50,095 nucleotides of DNA from IMG/VR virus record IMGVR_UViG_3300033149_001537, positions 1 through 50,095 of that record, one strand, 5' to 3'. Below are positions 28,295 through 37,869 of this stretch, in pieces. Below the pieces are notes generated by a model that saw nothing but the letters and a program-made list of their open reading frames with translations, was not told the origin of the DNA and ran no database searches. Within the stretch, counting starts at the first letter, position 1, and every line of letters starts with the position of its first letter. Source of the stretch: a virus (lineage: Duplodnaviria > Caudoviricetes). Both the position numbers and the translations under genes were made by a program.

Positions 28295-28922
28295 ACGATA
28301 CACAGGTGATTTTTACGATGCTGATTATTTTGAGCGCGGCAAACAATCCGGGAAGGGTTGGTTGGAAAATTACCATTGGATGCCAAGGCGTTCTTTTAAA
28401 GAAGCATTTGCATTTGTGGACCATCTTGGTTTAGATGAATCAAATCATATATTAGATTTTGGATGTGCTAAAGGTTATTTGGCTACAGCTTTCAGGTTTT
28501 TGGATATACCTGCTGATGGATGTGATATTTCCTCTTATGCACTTGAATTTGCTCCTGCCTATTGTTGGAATTGCACAGAAGATAGCTCATGGGAAGGCCG
28601 GAAATATACTCATGTTGTCATAAAAGACGTATTAGAGCACCTTACAAAAGACCAGTTACCCGAAGTACTCGATAATATTGCAAAAGTAGCTCCTGTAATA
28701 ATGTGTGTTGTTCCTATGGGTGATAATGGGGTTTATAGAATACCTGAATATCATGTGGAAGTATCCCACCAAATAGCAGAAAGTGAATCGTGGTGGACAA
28801 GTGCATTTTCAAGATACGGATGGGAAGTTACTGACAGCCAATATCATATACCGGGGCTGAAAGATAATTGGTCGTATCATCTAACTGGAAATTGTGTATT
28901 TGTGCTTGAAAGGCAAAAATGA
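28227..28922 (+). CDS. class I SAM-dependent methyltransferase
   Basis: ILDFGCAKG, GCDIS, DVLEHL; start probably near 28287. Confidence 0.88.
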   Translation: MAKRLMILYMNYLPKLRMWILSKRYTGDFYDADYFERGKQSGKGWLENYHWMPRRSFKEAFAFVDHLGLDESNHILDFGCAKGYLATAFRFLDIPADGCDISSYALEFAPAYCWNCTEDSSWEGRKYTHVVIKDVLEHLTKDQLPEVLDNIAKVAPVIMCVVPMGDNGVYRIPEYHVEVSHQIAESESWWTSAFSRYGWEVTDSQYHIPGLKDNWSYHLTGNCVFVLERQK

Positions 28923-29695
28923 ACGTAGCAATATTCACAATAGTTAGAAACGAAAAATATTTTCTCCCTATATGGTTGAGACATTACTGTGGAGTTTTAG
29001 AGCAGGCAGATATATACATTATAGACAATGGAACGACTGATGGTAGTACCGACAATGTGGGCTGTCCCGTTATATTTAAAACGTCTAAAACGGCTCATAA
29101 TGCAAGGTGGATGCTTGAAACTGTTAAAGAATTTCAAAAGAAATTGTTGGAACGATATGATTATGTAGTATTTGCTGAAGCTGATGAATTAATTTTCCAC
29201 CGACATAATGAACTTTTTAAATATATAAAATATTGTGATAAAAATATTGTCCGGTGTGATGGATATGATGTTAAACAAATCCTTGGTAACAAGAAAAAGA
29301 AAATTGACAAAGAGCCTGAAATAAACCTCGAAAACCCTTTATTAAGCCAAAGAAAACGGTGGTATAGTAATACAAGATTCTGTAAGTCTCTGATAGCAAG
29401 AGTCCCGGTAAGGTGGGATATAGGGTTTCATCTATGCAAAAACCATTCCATTATTGACAAAGATATTGTACTTGCACACCTCCATAAGCTTGATATTGAT
29501 TTGGCATTAAAGAGAAATCTTGAAAGAATGAATATCACAATGGACAAAAAGTCTCAGATGACACGCAAGGGGTGGCAGAATTTCTTGAAAACTAAGGATG
29601 GTTTGGAAAAGTTTTGGGAAACCGGGCATAATGGTATGGGTAAGTATGAAGACATTCCTGATTGGATAAAAAAACATGAAATGCATTACTTTTGA
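28919..29695 (+). CDS. glycosyltransferase family 2-like
   Basis: TIVRNE..FL..WL.HY, IDNGTTDGS, EADE motifs. Confidence 0.85.
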   Translation: MNVAIFTIVRNEKYFLPIWLRHYCGVLEQADIYIIDNGTTDGSTDNVGCPVIFKTSKTAHNARWMLETVKEFQKKLLERYDYVVFAEADELIFHRHNELFKYIKYCDKNIVRCDGYDVKQILGNKKKKIDKEPEINLENPLLSQRKRWYSNTRFCKSLIARVPVRWDIGFHLCKNHSIIDKDIVLAHLHKLDIDLALKRNLERMNITMDKKSQMTRKGWQNFLKTKDGLEKFWETGHNGMGKYEDIPDWIKKHEMHYF

Positions 29696-30281
29696 TGATT
29701 TCCATAATTCTGTATACTGTATAGCGTTTCCTATATTTAAAAAATATAGAGTTCCTGGAACGGTGTTTGTAAATGGGGCAAACCTTGACTTGTTAGCTAT
29801 TAAGGAATTAAAAGAAATGCAGGGTGCAGGATGGGAAGTTTCTAGTCATGGAATGAACCACAAGAGATTGCCAATGCTTACGGCAAGAGAGATAAGATTG
29901 GAGCTTGAGGAAAACATTGACCTTCTCAGAGCTAATGGATTTACAGGTAAAGGCCTTGCATATCCCTGGGGAATGTATACCAATTCGGTGATTGATATAG
30001 TTAAGGAGTATCATACTTACGCAAGGGCAACGGTAGCCACAAGGCATTCTCACCATGAAGAAAAGTATCATATAAGAAGCACTGTTTTGAGCTGTAAAAC
30101 TATGCTTGAATCTGCGGTAAATTCTGAAAATAATTTTTATCACGGACACCATATAAGCTATGCAATCAACAGCCATTCATGGAGTCCGGACTGTTTAAGG
30201 TTATTAATAAAGGCATTGAAACATAAAGGAGAAAGGTTGATGACGGGTGGAGAATTTCATCGATGTAAAAATACCGTTTGA
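29676..30281 (+). CDS. polysaccharide deacetylase (NodB/CE4)
   Basis: ITFDD, SSHGMNH, LAYPWG motifs. Confidence 0.88.
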   Translation: MKCITFDDFHNSVYCIAFPIFKKYRVPGTVFVNGANLDLLAIKELKEMQGAGWEVSSHGMNHKRLPMLTAREIRLELEENIDLLRANGFTGKGLAYPWGMYTNSVIDIVKEYHTYARATVATRHSHHEEKYHIRSTVLSCKTMLESAVNSENNFYHGHHISYAINSHSWSPDCLRLLIKALKHKGERLMTGGEFHRCKNTV

Positions 30282-30855
30282 GCCGGGGAAGCGGTTGGGA
30301 TATGCTGTTAATCGTGCAATGGAAACTGTTGGGGATTGGGTTTTAATCCTTGACCATGATGTGTTGGTTTCGCTTAATCCGTATTGGTATCAGATATGCC
30401 AGAGAGCTATTAATGAAGTTGGCGAAGATGCGGGGTGGATTACATGCGTGACGAATAAGATTGGTTGCCCGCTTCAGAAGGCCGATTACAGCATTGAGAA
30501 TGGTGATTACAGATATAATAAAGATTATGATAGCCGTACAATGGATATGCACTTTGCGCTTGCCGAAGAGCTTTATAAGAACAACAAAGGCAAAATTGAA
30601 GATATAACCATGGATGCAAAACGTTGGAAGCTGTCAGGTTTTTTTATTCTCACTCGCAAAAAAGTTTATATGGATGTTAAAGAAAAATGTGGGTTGCCGG
30701 ATGATAAATTTATTGGCTGGGACAATTATTACAATGATAGACTTTTAGAGTTGGGGTATAAGTTATATCTCATGCAGGATTTATATGTCTATCATGGGTA
30801 CAAAAGGCTTTGGAAAAACACTGATTGGGGAAAGGGGATTGTGGGAGGTGCATAA
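30247..30855 (+). CDS. GT-A fold glycosyltransferase-like protein
   Basis: G.AVN..M, WVLILDHDV (DxD), LSGFFIL, W.DN, YVYH. Confidence 0.7.
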   Translation: MENFIDVKIPFEPGKRLGYAVNRAMETVGDWVLILDHDVLVSLNPYWYQICQRAINEVGEDAGWITCVTNKIGCPLQKADYSIENGDYRYNKDYDSRTMDMHFALAEELYKNNKGKIEDITMDAKRWKLSGFFILTRKKVYMDVKEKCGLPDDKFIGWDNYYNDRLLELGYKLYLMQDLYVYHGYKRLWKNTDWGKGIVGGA

Positions 30856-31855
30856 CTACGCCATATTTGTAGCAGCGACACCGAATTACATAGCTTACTT
30901 AAACCCACTTCTTAACTCAATTGAGAAGCGGAAATTATATGAGCATTGTAATCTAACGGTATATGTGTTCTACACAGAGGGCTTTTGTCCTGAATACATT
31001 GATATTATCAAACAGGCGTATAGCTTTACTGTTTACCCTATGAAAATGGTACGTTCTGATTTCCCTGAATTAAACCCAAAGATGAAAGAAATCGAATTTG
31101 TTAAACGCACTCGGTACAAGAAAATGATACAGCTTGCCCTTGAATATGAAGCGGTGTGCCTATTAGACTGTGACATGTTTGTAGTATCTGAACAGTTTAT
31201 AGACTTGTTTAATCTCATAAAAGGCACTGATTATTGTATAGGATGTAATGAAAGGTTCAAGTGGTCGAGTGGTGCCTATAAATTCAACGACAAAGAATTA
31301 TTAATTCCTCGCGGTGGTAAGATGTTTCAATTTGTCTGTAATACACCGGCGATTATGGACATGCATAAGTGGAGGCCGGTATTCGAAGCATACTGTAAAA
31401 TAGCCTCTGGGGGCACTCAGATTAAGCATGGTGGCGTTAAGGGGATTGGCGATATAACATGCTGGAATCTTGCAACTATGTACTGTGCGATGAATGATAA
31501 AATGATAATGTTTCCTATGGAAACTATGGCCCAGGTGCATCAAACATATTTTCGAAACCGGACATACCCTATTGATGAGAATGGATATTGGTATACTTTT
31601 TCAGGGGATAGAATCTATACAATTCATGGAAGAGTTGCGCGTCCTAACTTTGTTGAAGGTGTGATATGCGGAGGAAAGGGCTATAGAGAGCTTCATAAGG
31701 GAAGGCCGGACATAGATAAAGTTGAAATTGAGGTACGGAAAGGGCTAAAAGCCATTCAAAAAGAATGGTATGATTTAAATTATAATGGAAAAGTCAATCT
31801 TGACTTATATTATAAGTATGGACTAAAAAAGGAGATGGAAAATGGGTTTAATTAA
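30785..31855 (+). CDS. GT-A fold (GT8-like) glycosyltransferase
   Basis: NY..YL..LLNSI, CLLDCDMFV (DxD), GD...WN; start probably near 30848. Confidence 0.65.
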   Translation: MSIMGTKGFGKTLIGERGLWEVHNYAIFVAATPNYIAYLNPLLNSIEKRKLYEHCNLTVYVFYTEGFCPEYIDIIKQAYSFTVYPMKMVRSDFPELNPKMKEIEFVKRTRYKKMIQLALEYEAVCLLDCDMFVVSEQFIDLFNLIKGTDYCIGCNERFKWSSGAYKFNDKELLIPRGGKMFQFVCNTPAIMDMHKWRPVFEAYCKIASGGTQIKHGGVKGIGDITCWNLATMYCAMNDKMIMFPMETMAQVHQTYFRNRTYPIDENGYWYTFSGDRIYTIHGRVARPNFVEGVICGGKGYRELHKGRPDIDKVEIEVRKGLKAIQKEWYDLNYNGKVNLDLYYKYGLKKEMENGFN

Positions 31856-32321
31856 AGAATTGTTTTTCAGTGACAATTATCATAGAATTGAGAGCGTGGA
31901 GTACAACCGGACAAAAGAACGGCTGATTGTCAGAACACAGGTATACAAAGACTACGAAACGTACACGAAAGGTTCTGCTGACTTAAAGGTTATTGCTCAA
32001 GAGTTTACTATAAACGAAAAAACTTTTGTCAGTGTTTTGGCTAAAAAGGTACAAGCCGAAACTTCCTTATCAAGTGTTAAAAAGGAAGCTGATAAACATA
32101 TTAAGAAATTTGAAGAAGAAAATGAATTAAAGGCTTCTTCGAAGCAAAAAGATGAAATCACAGAAGTAATAAGGCAACGGGTAATCGCTAAGAAAACGGC
32201 TGAACTTGCACAGAAGACTATGAAAAAAATGATTGAAGATTTATCAAAGAAACCGATAATAGATGTTGCATACGAATGTTTAAAACAGCTTTCTGTTTTT
32301 GATGGAGCTGTTGATAAATAG
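31842..32321 (+). CDS. hypothetical protein (possible tail fibre assembly)
   Basis: 159 aa, C-terminal AYECLKQLSVFDGAVD, precedes the fibre gene. Confidence 0.55.
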   Translation: MGLIKELFFSDNYHRIESVEYNRTKERLIVRTQVYKDYETYTKGSADLKVIAQEFTINEKTFVSVLAKKVQAETSLSSVKKEADKHIKKFEEENELKASSKQKDEITEVIRQRVIAKKTAELAQKTMKKMIEDLSKKPIIDVAYECLKQLSVFDGAVDK

Positions 32322-32342
32322 AGGACAGTTAGGAAAAATATT

Positions 32343-33953
32343 GTGGCGAGCGAAGATCGACATATAACCCGCATAAAAGACACACAAGCTAATGTGAGGG
32401 CTAATTTAGACCTTGCACAAATAGCTATTCTTACCGACCAGAACGAAGAATTTGTTTACAACAACGATGATGATACTAAGCTGTATTATGTAGCAAGTCA
32501 GTACTATTGGAACGGTGCAGCTATAACCTATATGAGTGCTGAATTTGACGATGTAGAAGCTCATGGAGACTTTCTAGCTGCGGAGTATATTAAAAGAACG
32601 GCTGGTACTGATGATTATATAAGATTTGAAAATGACAAAATAAGTATTGCTGCTGCTGGCACTGTTGCTATGGTGTTTGAAGATGATAAGGTTTATAGTG
32701 CATTGGTTGATTTTGGTTTTGGAACAGCTACTCCTCTTGATGATGTGGGGACAGGAGACACGGATTTAACGGGTACAGGGGTACATGTAAAAACGGATGG
32801 CAATATAAGTAATTTGGTGCTTGAGGGACTAAGTGTACCCTCTAATGGCTCATGGACGGTTACACCTGCTGGTAGGATTGTGTTTGCTGACAACAATGCC
32901 GGCGCAGACGACAACCTTATAGTAATATCGGGTGGTACTCAGAAACTAAAAATAGAAACATTAAATGATAACCTCAGTATCAAAAATCAATTAATTAGTA
33001 TTAACGAAGGCATTAGTATTGCATTTAATGAAACTAACGATACAATGGTCTATAGATTTAGAACTGCAAATCAAAACAATGCTTTATTCATAGAAGACTA
33101 CAAAAGCGGCATGGGAACCGGAACGCCCTTTGATGATGTGGCAGAAGCAGGTTCTAACTTATCCACATCGGCAGGGCTGCATATTGTTACTGATAGTGCT
33201 GGTGAGGGAGATTTTGCCACACTTATTTTAGATGGTGATATAGGGGCACAAATATTGTTGAATGACATGAATAGTGGTGCTGATGATAAAATTATGAGCC
33301 TATATCAAACTGGTGGTACTTGTAACTTTAGATCATTAGAGGATGACTTCGATGTTCGTAAAGACAACATTATAGCAATGGATTTAGGTACTGGAAATGT
33401 TAGCATTAACACAACACCATCGGCAACTGTCAAATTATATTCTGTTGTTGAAGATACAAACGTAACGATAAGTGCTGCTGTACATGGATATACATTAGGA
33501 GATTGCACCGATAACTATGGCCTTTTGGGGCAAGCAAGTGGTGGTGGAGGAACAAATAACTATGGTGTATTTGCCAGGGCAGAAAATGCAGGTACAAACA
33601 ATCATCATTTTAGAGATATTGCCGGAAACTATTCAACGTCTGCTGCTGGCGGTTCATGGGTAGATGCTTCATGTACAGTAGCACAAAAAGAGACAATAGA
33701 CGATATAACCCCGGTAGAAATGGATAGCATGGTTAGTACGGTTAAATTAATGCGTCCCAGAAAAATGACAGCGAAACTAGACCCCACTAAAGAAATTATG
33801 GGTTTTGCACTAGATGAAGGATTTCCCGAATCAGCTATTGACCGTGACAAGGACGGTAATATTACTGGGTATATGGTGGGTAAACTAGGAATGCATAACC
33901 TTGTACTGATAAAAGAATTACTCAAAAGAATCGAAGTATTAGAAACTGCATAA
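32343..33953 (+). CDS. tail fibre/spike with C-terminal intramolecular-chaperone-like (S74-like) domain
   Basis: G.GT.TP.DDV internal repeat; C-terminal K..I.DI..RP..MGF...FPE..LIKELLKRIEVLE. Confidence 0.75.
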   Translation: MASEDRHITRIKDTQANVRANLDLAQIAILTDQNEEFVYNNDDDTKLYYVASQYYWNGAAITYMSAEFDDVEAHGDFLAAEYIKRTAGTDDYIRFENDKISIAAAGTVAMVFEDDKVYSALVDFGFGTATPLDDVGTGDTDLTGTGVHVKTDGNISNLVLEGLSVPSNGSWTVTPAGRIVFADNNAGADDNLIVISGGTQKLKIETLNDNLSIKNQLISINEGISIAFNETNDTMVYRFRTANQNNALFIEDYKSGMGTGTPFDDVAEAGSNLSTSAGLHIVTDSAGEGDFATLILDGDIGAQILLNDMNSGADDKIMSLYQTGGTCNFRSLEDDFDVRKDNIIAMDLGTGNVSINTTPSATVKLYSVVEDTNVTISAAVHGYTLGDCTDNYGLLGQASGGGGTNNYGVFARAENAGTNNHHFRDIAGNYSTSAAGGSWVDASCTVAQKETIDDITPVEMDSMVSTVKLMRPRKMTAKLDPTKEIMGFALDEGFPESAIDRDKDGNITGYMVGKLGMHNLVLIKELLKRIEVLETA

Positions 33954-34019
33954 TATAGAATAAATACATTTATATCTATATCCTACCTGAAACTTTTTTC
34001 ACTATTTTTAAAATAAGTG

Positions 34020-34048
34020 TTGACAATCTTGTGTACATGATGTATTAT
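34020..34048 (+). promoter_or_regulatory. sigma70-type early promoter
   Basis: TTGACA, 17 bp, TATTAT at the late/early boundary. Confidence 0.8.
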
Positions 34049-34051
34049 TAA

Positions 34052-34297
34052 TTGTATACAAACAAAGGTGGAGCTATGCCAAATATAGTAATGAGATGCA
34101 AAAAGACAGACAGGGTATTTGTTAATTCGGAAATACAGAAAAATTCGTCTGGAAGTCCGTTTGTGTGGACACAGGAAACCGTTATAGGTATGGCGCTTAA
34201 GGCATATCGTCAAATACGCCAGATAAAAGAAGCAATGCCCCGGCGCTATACCGATGAAAACAAATTGCAGTATATTCAAGACATTCTTAGTTCCTAA
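34052..34297 (+). CDS. hypothetical protein
   Basis: first ORF after the early promoter; start probably ATG 34076 after GGTGGAG. Confidence 0.55.
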   Translation: MYTNKGGAMPNIVMRCKKTDRVFVNSEIQKNSSGSPFVWTQETVIGMALKAYRQIRQIKEAMPRRYTDENKLQYIQDILSS

Positions 34298-34598
34298 CCC
34301 TATCAGGAGAATCCCCATTATGGAAACCCACACAGTAGAAGAAGAAAGAGAGCACACTGTTAACAACCTCAAAGAAGCAATGCAAGCGCAGGCGTATGAG
34401 CGGCATGGTTTTAATATTACATGGTTGCCTAAAGCCGGAAGTTGGGAAAATTCTTATACCGAACATGAAGACAAAATTTATTTCTGGTATAACGACACTG
34501 ATGGTGATACCCATGTAATAATGGGACACATTTGTCCTGAGTGTGGATTGTGCCGGACAGAATCAGTTTGCCAGTGCAAAAAGAGTGAATTACTATAA
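34254..34598 (+). CDS. hypothetical protein with C-terminal Cys cluster
   Basis: start probably ATG 34320 after AGGAG; CPECGLC. Confidence 0.55.
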   Translation: MKTNCSIFKTFLVPNPIRRIPIMETHTVEEEREHTVNNLKEAMQAQAYERHGFNITWLPKAGSWENSYTEHEDKIYFWYNDTDGDTHVIMGHICPECGLCRTESVCQCKKSELL

Positions 34599-34613
34599 AC
34601 AAAAGGAGTTTTT

Positions 34614-35549
34614 GTGAAATATACAAATATTCATAATTTGCCAGAATCTATTGCCAGTGCCTTAAGGGGTGATGATTATGATTTGTCTGATTCACCCAAC
34701 AACATTGTATCTGTTACGACGTTAATAGATGCACAACTTCCCAAGATACTCACGAAGAGACATTTTGATGAAATTGAAGTTGATGTATCTGATTCTGTGT
34801 GGAAATTATTTGGCAGTTCAATTCATCACGTTCTTAATATGAGTAATCAAGATAAGTCCGAACAGTTATCTGAGGAGCGGTGGTTCTTGGATGTGCAGAG
34901 CTTAGACGTTTATACTCTGAATATAGGTGAAAAGGTTATCGAGACAAAATGGTATGATTCAGAGAAGTGGTATGTTTCTGGCAAATTTGATAATTACATT
35001 AATGAGTCAATAGAGGATTATAAAGTTACATCAGTGTGGTCATATATATATTCACCAAAAGGAAAGCCAGAACACCATAATCAAATTAATATTAATGCAC
35101 TCGCATTGAAATTGCTTGGGTTTCCGGTAGATAGCGGTAGAATTATCATGATTTTACGGGACTTTATGAATAGCAAAGCCGGACAAGACAATTATCCTCA
35201 AATACCTATACAAACTATTAACATTCCATTAGTTGAAAATGAAAAAATAATTGACTATATCAATGAGCGTATTGGTTTATATAAAGCATGTTTTAAATTA
35301 TCTGACAACGAAATACCCGCATGTTTTCCAGAGGAAAGATGGTATCAAGAAGGGAAAGTTGCTGTAATGAAAGAGGGCCGGAAAAGTGCGGTGAAATTGT
35401 TTGCAGAATCAGAAAGAGAAGATGCAATTAAACATAAAGAATCATGCACGGGCGGTAAATTTTATTTGGAAGATCGCCCAGGTGTAAATCGTAGGTGTGA
35501 AGATTATTGCAGTTGTAATAGTTTTTGTTATTTTTACAAGGGGCTATAA
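34614..35549 (+). CDS. PD-(D/E)XK exonuclease (Cas4-like phage recombination nuclease)
   Basis: GSSIH, VSGKFD, IEDYKVTS, Q..IN, C-terminal RCEDYC..C; adjacent to ERF. Confidence 0.8.
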   Translation: MKYTNIHNLPESIASALRGDDYDLSDSPNNIVSVTTLIDAQLPKILTKRHFDEIEVDVSDSVWKLFGSSIHHVLNMSNQDKSEQLSEERWFLDVQSLDVYTLNIGEKVIETKWYDSEKWYVSGKFDNYINESIEDYKVTSVWSYIYSPKGKPEHHNQININALALKLLGFPVDSGRIIMILRDFMNSKAGQDNYPQIPIQTINIPLVENEKIIDYINERIGLYKACFKLSDNEIPACFPEERWYQEGKVAVMKEGRKSAVKLFAESEREDAIKHKESCTGGKFYLEDRPGVNRRCEDYCSCNSFCYFYKGL

Positions 35550-36130
35550 TGGAAGGGGCGCATAATATAAGCAAAAAGCTAATGACTATACAAAGCAAGC
35601 TGAATGCACCAAAGGGACAACATAATGATTTCGGACACTATGACTATCGGAGCAACGAGGATATTTTAAATGCTCTTAAACCACTCTTACTTGAACAGGA
35701 TACAACTATTGTTCAATCTGATGAAATGATACAATTTGGTGATAGGTATTACATTAAAGCGACATCAACCATTAGCTGCATAAATCAAGGTGGAGACATT
35801 TCAAATACAGCCTATGCCAGAGAATCTGAAACCAAAAAAGGAATGGACGCTGCACAAATAACAGGTAGCGCATCAAGCTATGCAAGAAAATATTCTCTTA
35901 ATGGATTGTTTGCTATTGATGATAGCAGGGATGCAGACACAACAGACAACAGAGAACAAAAGGAAGACGATAAGCCACCAAAAAAAGACATGCCTTGGCT
36001 AAATGAAGAAATGCCAGCATTTGCAAAAGCGAGAGAAGCTATCGGTAAAAACGAAAAAACATTAAGCGATATTCGGAAGGTATATAAAGTAAGTCGTGAT
36101 GTCGCGGAAAAATTGGAGTTGCCATTCTAA
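35549..36130 (+). CDS. erf: ERF-family single-strand annealing protein
   Basis: IQSKLNAPK, YRS.EDIL, GMDAAQITGSASSYARKYSLNGLF.IDD. Confidence 0.92.
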   Translation: MEGAHNISKKLMTIQSKLNAPKGQHNDFGHYDYRSNEDILNALKPLLLEQDTTIVQSDEMIQFGDRYYIKATSTISCINQGGDISNTAYARESETKKGMDAAQITGSASSYARKYSLNGLFAIDDSRDADTTDNREQKEDDKPPKKDMPWLNEEMPAFAKAREAIGKNEKTLSDIRKVYKVSRDVAEKLELPF

Positions 36131-36495
36131 TGAGAGCATTACAACTAGAAGTATCTTTTGACCGTTACACAAGCCGCGCTGATGGCTCAATGGGCTTAAC
36201 TTTTACGACCACCCTTGAGGTTAATGGTGATACTGTAAAGGACATACATAGCTTTAAAAAACAAGTGGGGTGGCTGCTGTTTGCTGAAAATGAGATTCAA
36301 GATAGCGATATTCCAAAGGAACCGGCAAGGGGAGAGGGGAAAACACAATCAAAAAGATTGCATGATGTTCTTTTTGTATGGTGGAATACCTTAAAAGAAT
36401 CCGGTGATAATTCAGATGATTTCAATACTTTTTACCGTAATAAAATGGAACAAATAATCGAACACTATAAAACAAAGTTGCCGGAACAAATTTAG
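36130..36495 (+). CDS. hypothetical phage protein
   Basis: TAATG coupling; KTQSKRLHDVLF motif. Confidence 0.7.
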   Translation: MRALQLEVSFDRYTSRADGSMGLTFTTTLEVNGDTVKDIHSFKKQVGWLLFAENEIQDSDIPKEPARGEGKTQSKRLHDVLFVWWNTLKESGDNSDDFNTFYRNKMEQIIEHYKTKLPEQI

Positions 36496-36496
36496 C

Positions 36497-36718
36497 ATGA
36501 AAACAACAACACAGAGAATCTATGCTGATGATATGGAGTGGGTGCAAAAATGCATGATGAAATTAAATATAAAATCATTTGCAAAATTTATCAGAAGGTT
36601 GAAAAAAGAAGTAAAATTACAACTGCAAAGGGAATTTTACAGTTCTCTCCCCCAGGTAGTAAACGGCAAAATTAAACCATTGAAAAATAAGAAGATAAAG
36701 AAAATGTATACAAAATAG
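36497..36718 (+). CDS. small basic, possibly ribbon-helix-helix protein
   Basis: MKTTTQRIY..D followed by helices. Confidence 0.5.
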   Translation: MKTTTQRIYADDMEWVQKCMMKLNIKSFAKFIRRLKKEVKLQLQREFYSSLPQVVNGKIKPLKNKKIKKMYTK

Positions 36719-36736
36719 AGGTGCAACCTTTGTATA

Positions 36737-36797
36737 GTTGGGATACAATCCCATCTAAGCTGTGAGTGCGAGATTAATTATAGAATTTTTTAATTTC
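36737..36797 (+). repeat. ~60-bp direct repeat, copy 1 (copy 2 at 40907-40965)
   Basis: GTTGG(G/A)ATACAATCCCATCTAAGCT(G/T)TGAG(T/C)GCGAGATTAATTATAGA..TTTTTAATTTC. Confidence 0.9.
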
Positions 36798-36816
36798 CTT
36801 TTTAAAGGAGGTCTTT

Positions 36817-36957
36817 GTGAAAACGTTTTTAGCAGTCTTAATAATTTGGGCGATAATATTTTTCTATCTAGTAGGGGTAAGGGTTGCCAAAGAAAATCCT
36901 GACGCGACATTAAGAGACGTAGTTCATGAAATAATGGATGGGAAATTAAAAAATTAA
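36817..36957 (+). CDS. 46-aa membrane protein (cassette gene, not in ORF track)
   Basis: AAGGAGG RBS, GTG start, MKTFLAVLIIWAIIFFYLVG TM helix. Confidence 0.65.
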   Translation: MKTFLAVLIIWAIIFFYLVGVRVAKENPDATLRDVVHEIMDGKLKN

Positions 36958-37015
36958 GATAATGGAACGCACAATGATTAGTATACAGATGGGAACGTGT
37001 ACTGAAGTACACTTG

Positions 37016-37144
37016 GTATCCCAACGGGGTTGCATTAAATCGAATGTTGATGAACGCTTAGCTGGGACAATACCCAACATTCGCAGCCAGAAATGTCAGA
37101 GGGAAATCACCTCTGCCACATCTGGCAATGCAACCCCGTTGTGT
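37016..37144 (+). repeat. attC-like hairpin
   Basis: CAACGGGGTTGCATT pairs with AATGCAACCCCGTTG; GTATCCCAAC complements cassette start GTTGGGATAC. Confidence 0.7.
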
Positions 37145-37178
37145 CAAAATTTTTAACTCTTTTAAATTGGAGTTGCTC

Positions 37179-37457
37179 ATGGACGCATTAAAAGCATTTA
37201 GTATAATTTCGGGTATGATGGATGAGTATGGTGTAGAGGCTGTTGAAGTTGGCGGTAATGGTAATATGGTGGAGGTCAGCGATATGCTAGAATCCATTCG
37301 CAAAGAATTAGAGGAGTCGTTAAAACCTTCGCACAACAAACAAAGTTTACAATTGCTTTCCGATATAAGTCGGTTTCGCCGTTCTCATCATATAGTTGGT
37401 ATCGGTGTGCATGCTGATGAAGTAAATGGTATCTTGGATAAAATAGCGCAACAATAA
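37179..37457 (+). CDS. hypothetical cassette protein
   Basis: GGAG RBS before ATG 37179; reads through the attC-like site (HNKQSLQLL). Confidence 0.6.
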   Translation: MDALKAFSIISGMMDEYGVEAVEVGGNGNMVEVSDMLESIRKELEESLKPSHNKQSLQLLSDISRFRRSHHIVGIGVHADEVNGILDKIAQQ

Positions 37458-37477
37458 CCGTTTGTCATACGTTGTAA
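37331..37477 (+). repeat. attC-like hairpin
   Basis: GCACAAC-AAACAAAG...TTTGTCATAC-GTTGTAA. Confidence 0.65.
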
Positions 37478-37523
37478 GAAATCGCGCTCTGTTGAGAGTG
37501 AGAATATTATAGGAGGAAACACA

Positions 37524-37709
37524 GTGAGAATTGTTAGATGTAGCGGGGCCCATATCTGTAAAGTATATGATTGTACACATTATAGAAACCACCAATGGAT
37601 GAAGTTTGGCAATGGTTTAAGTTGTTCTAATTGGGCTCGTTGCAGCTCATATAGAAAATGTAAAGTTAGATGTGTTTCCTCTAAAGAAAAGGTAGCTCAC
37701 CGTGAATAG
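37524..37709 (+). CDS. Cys-rich hypothetical cassette protein
   Basis: AGGAGG RBS, 61 aa. Confidence 0.6.
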   Translation: MRIVRCSGAHICKVYDCTHYRNHQWMKFGNGLSCSNWARCSSYRKCKVRCVSSKEKVAHRE

Positions 37710-37740
37710 CGTACATAGCGCCGTTCATTTTCATTCACTG

Positions 37741-37869
37741 ATTTCTTACAATGCGTTCACATCATTTCGAGTCGTGAATGTCCACAGAGCGGGACATCTC
37801 ACAACTCTCACAGGCTATCATTTTCAGGAAGAAACCCTGAAAACGACAGCCAATGTGAACGCATTGTGT
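37741..37869 (+). repeat. ~130-bp structured repeat (type B), copy 1
   Basis: near-identical to 39673-39806; terminal IR ACAATGCGTTCACAT/ATGTGAACGCATTGT. Confidence 0.9.

Noticed and set aside
34614-35549. Cas4-like nuclease as part of the RAMP system
   Set aside because: It is 29 kb away and coupled to ERF, as expected for a phage exonuclease/annealase recombination pair.
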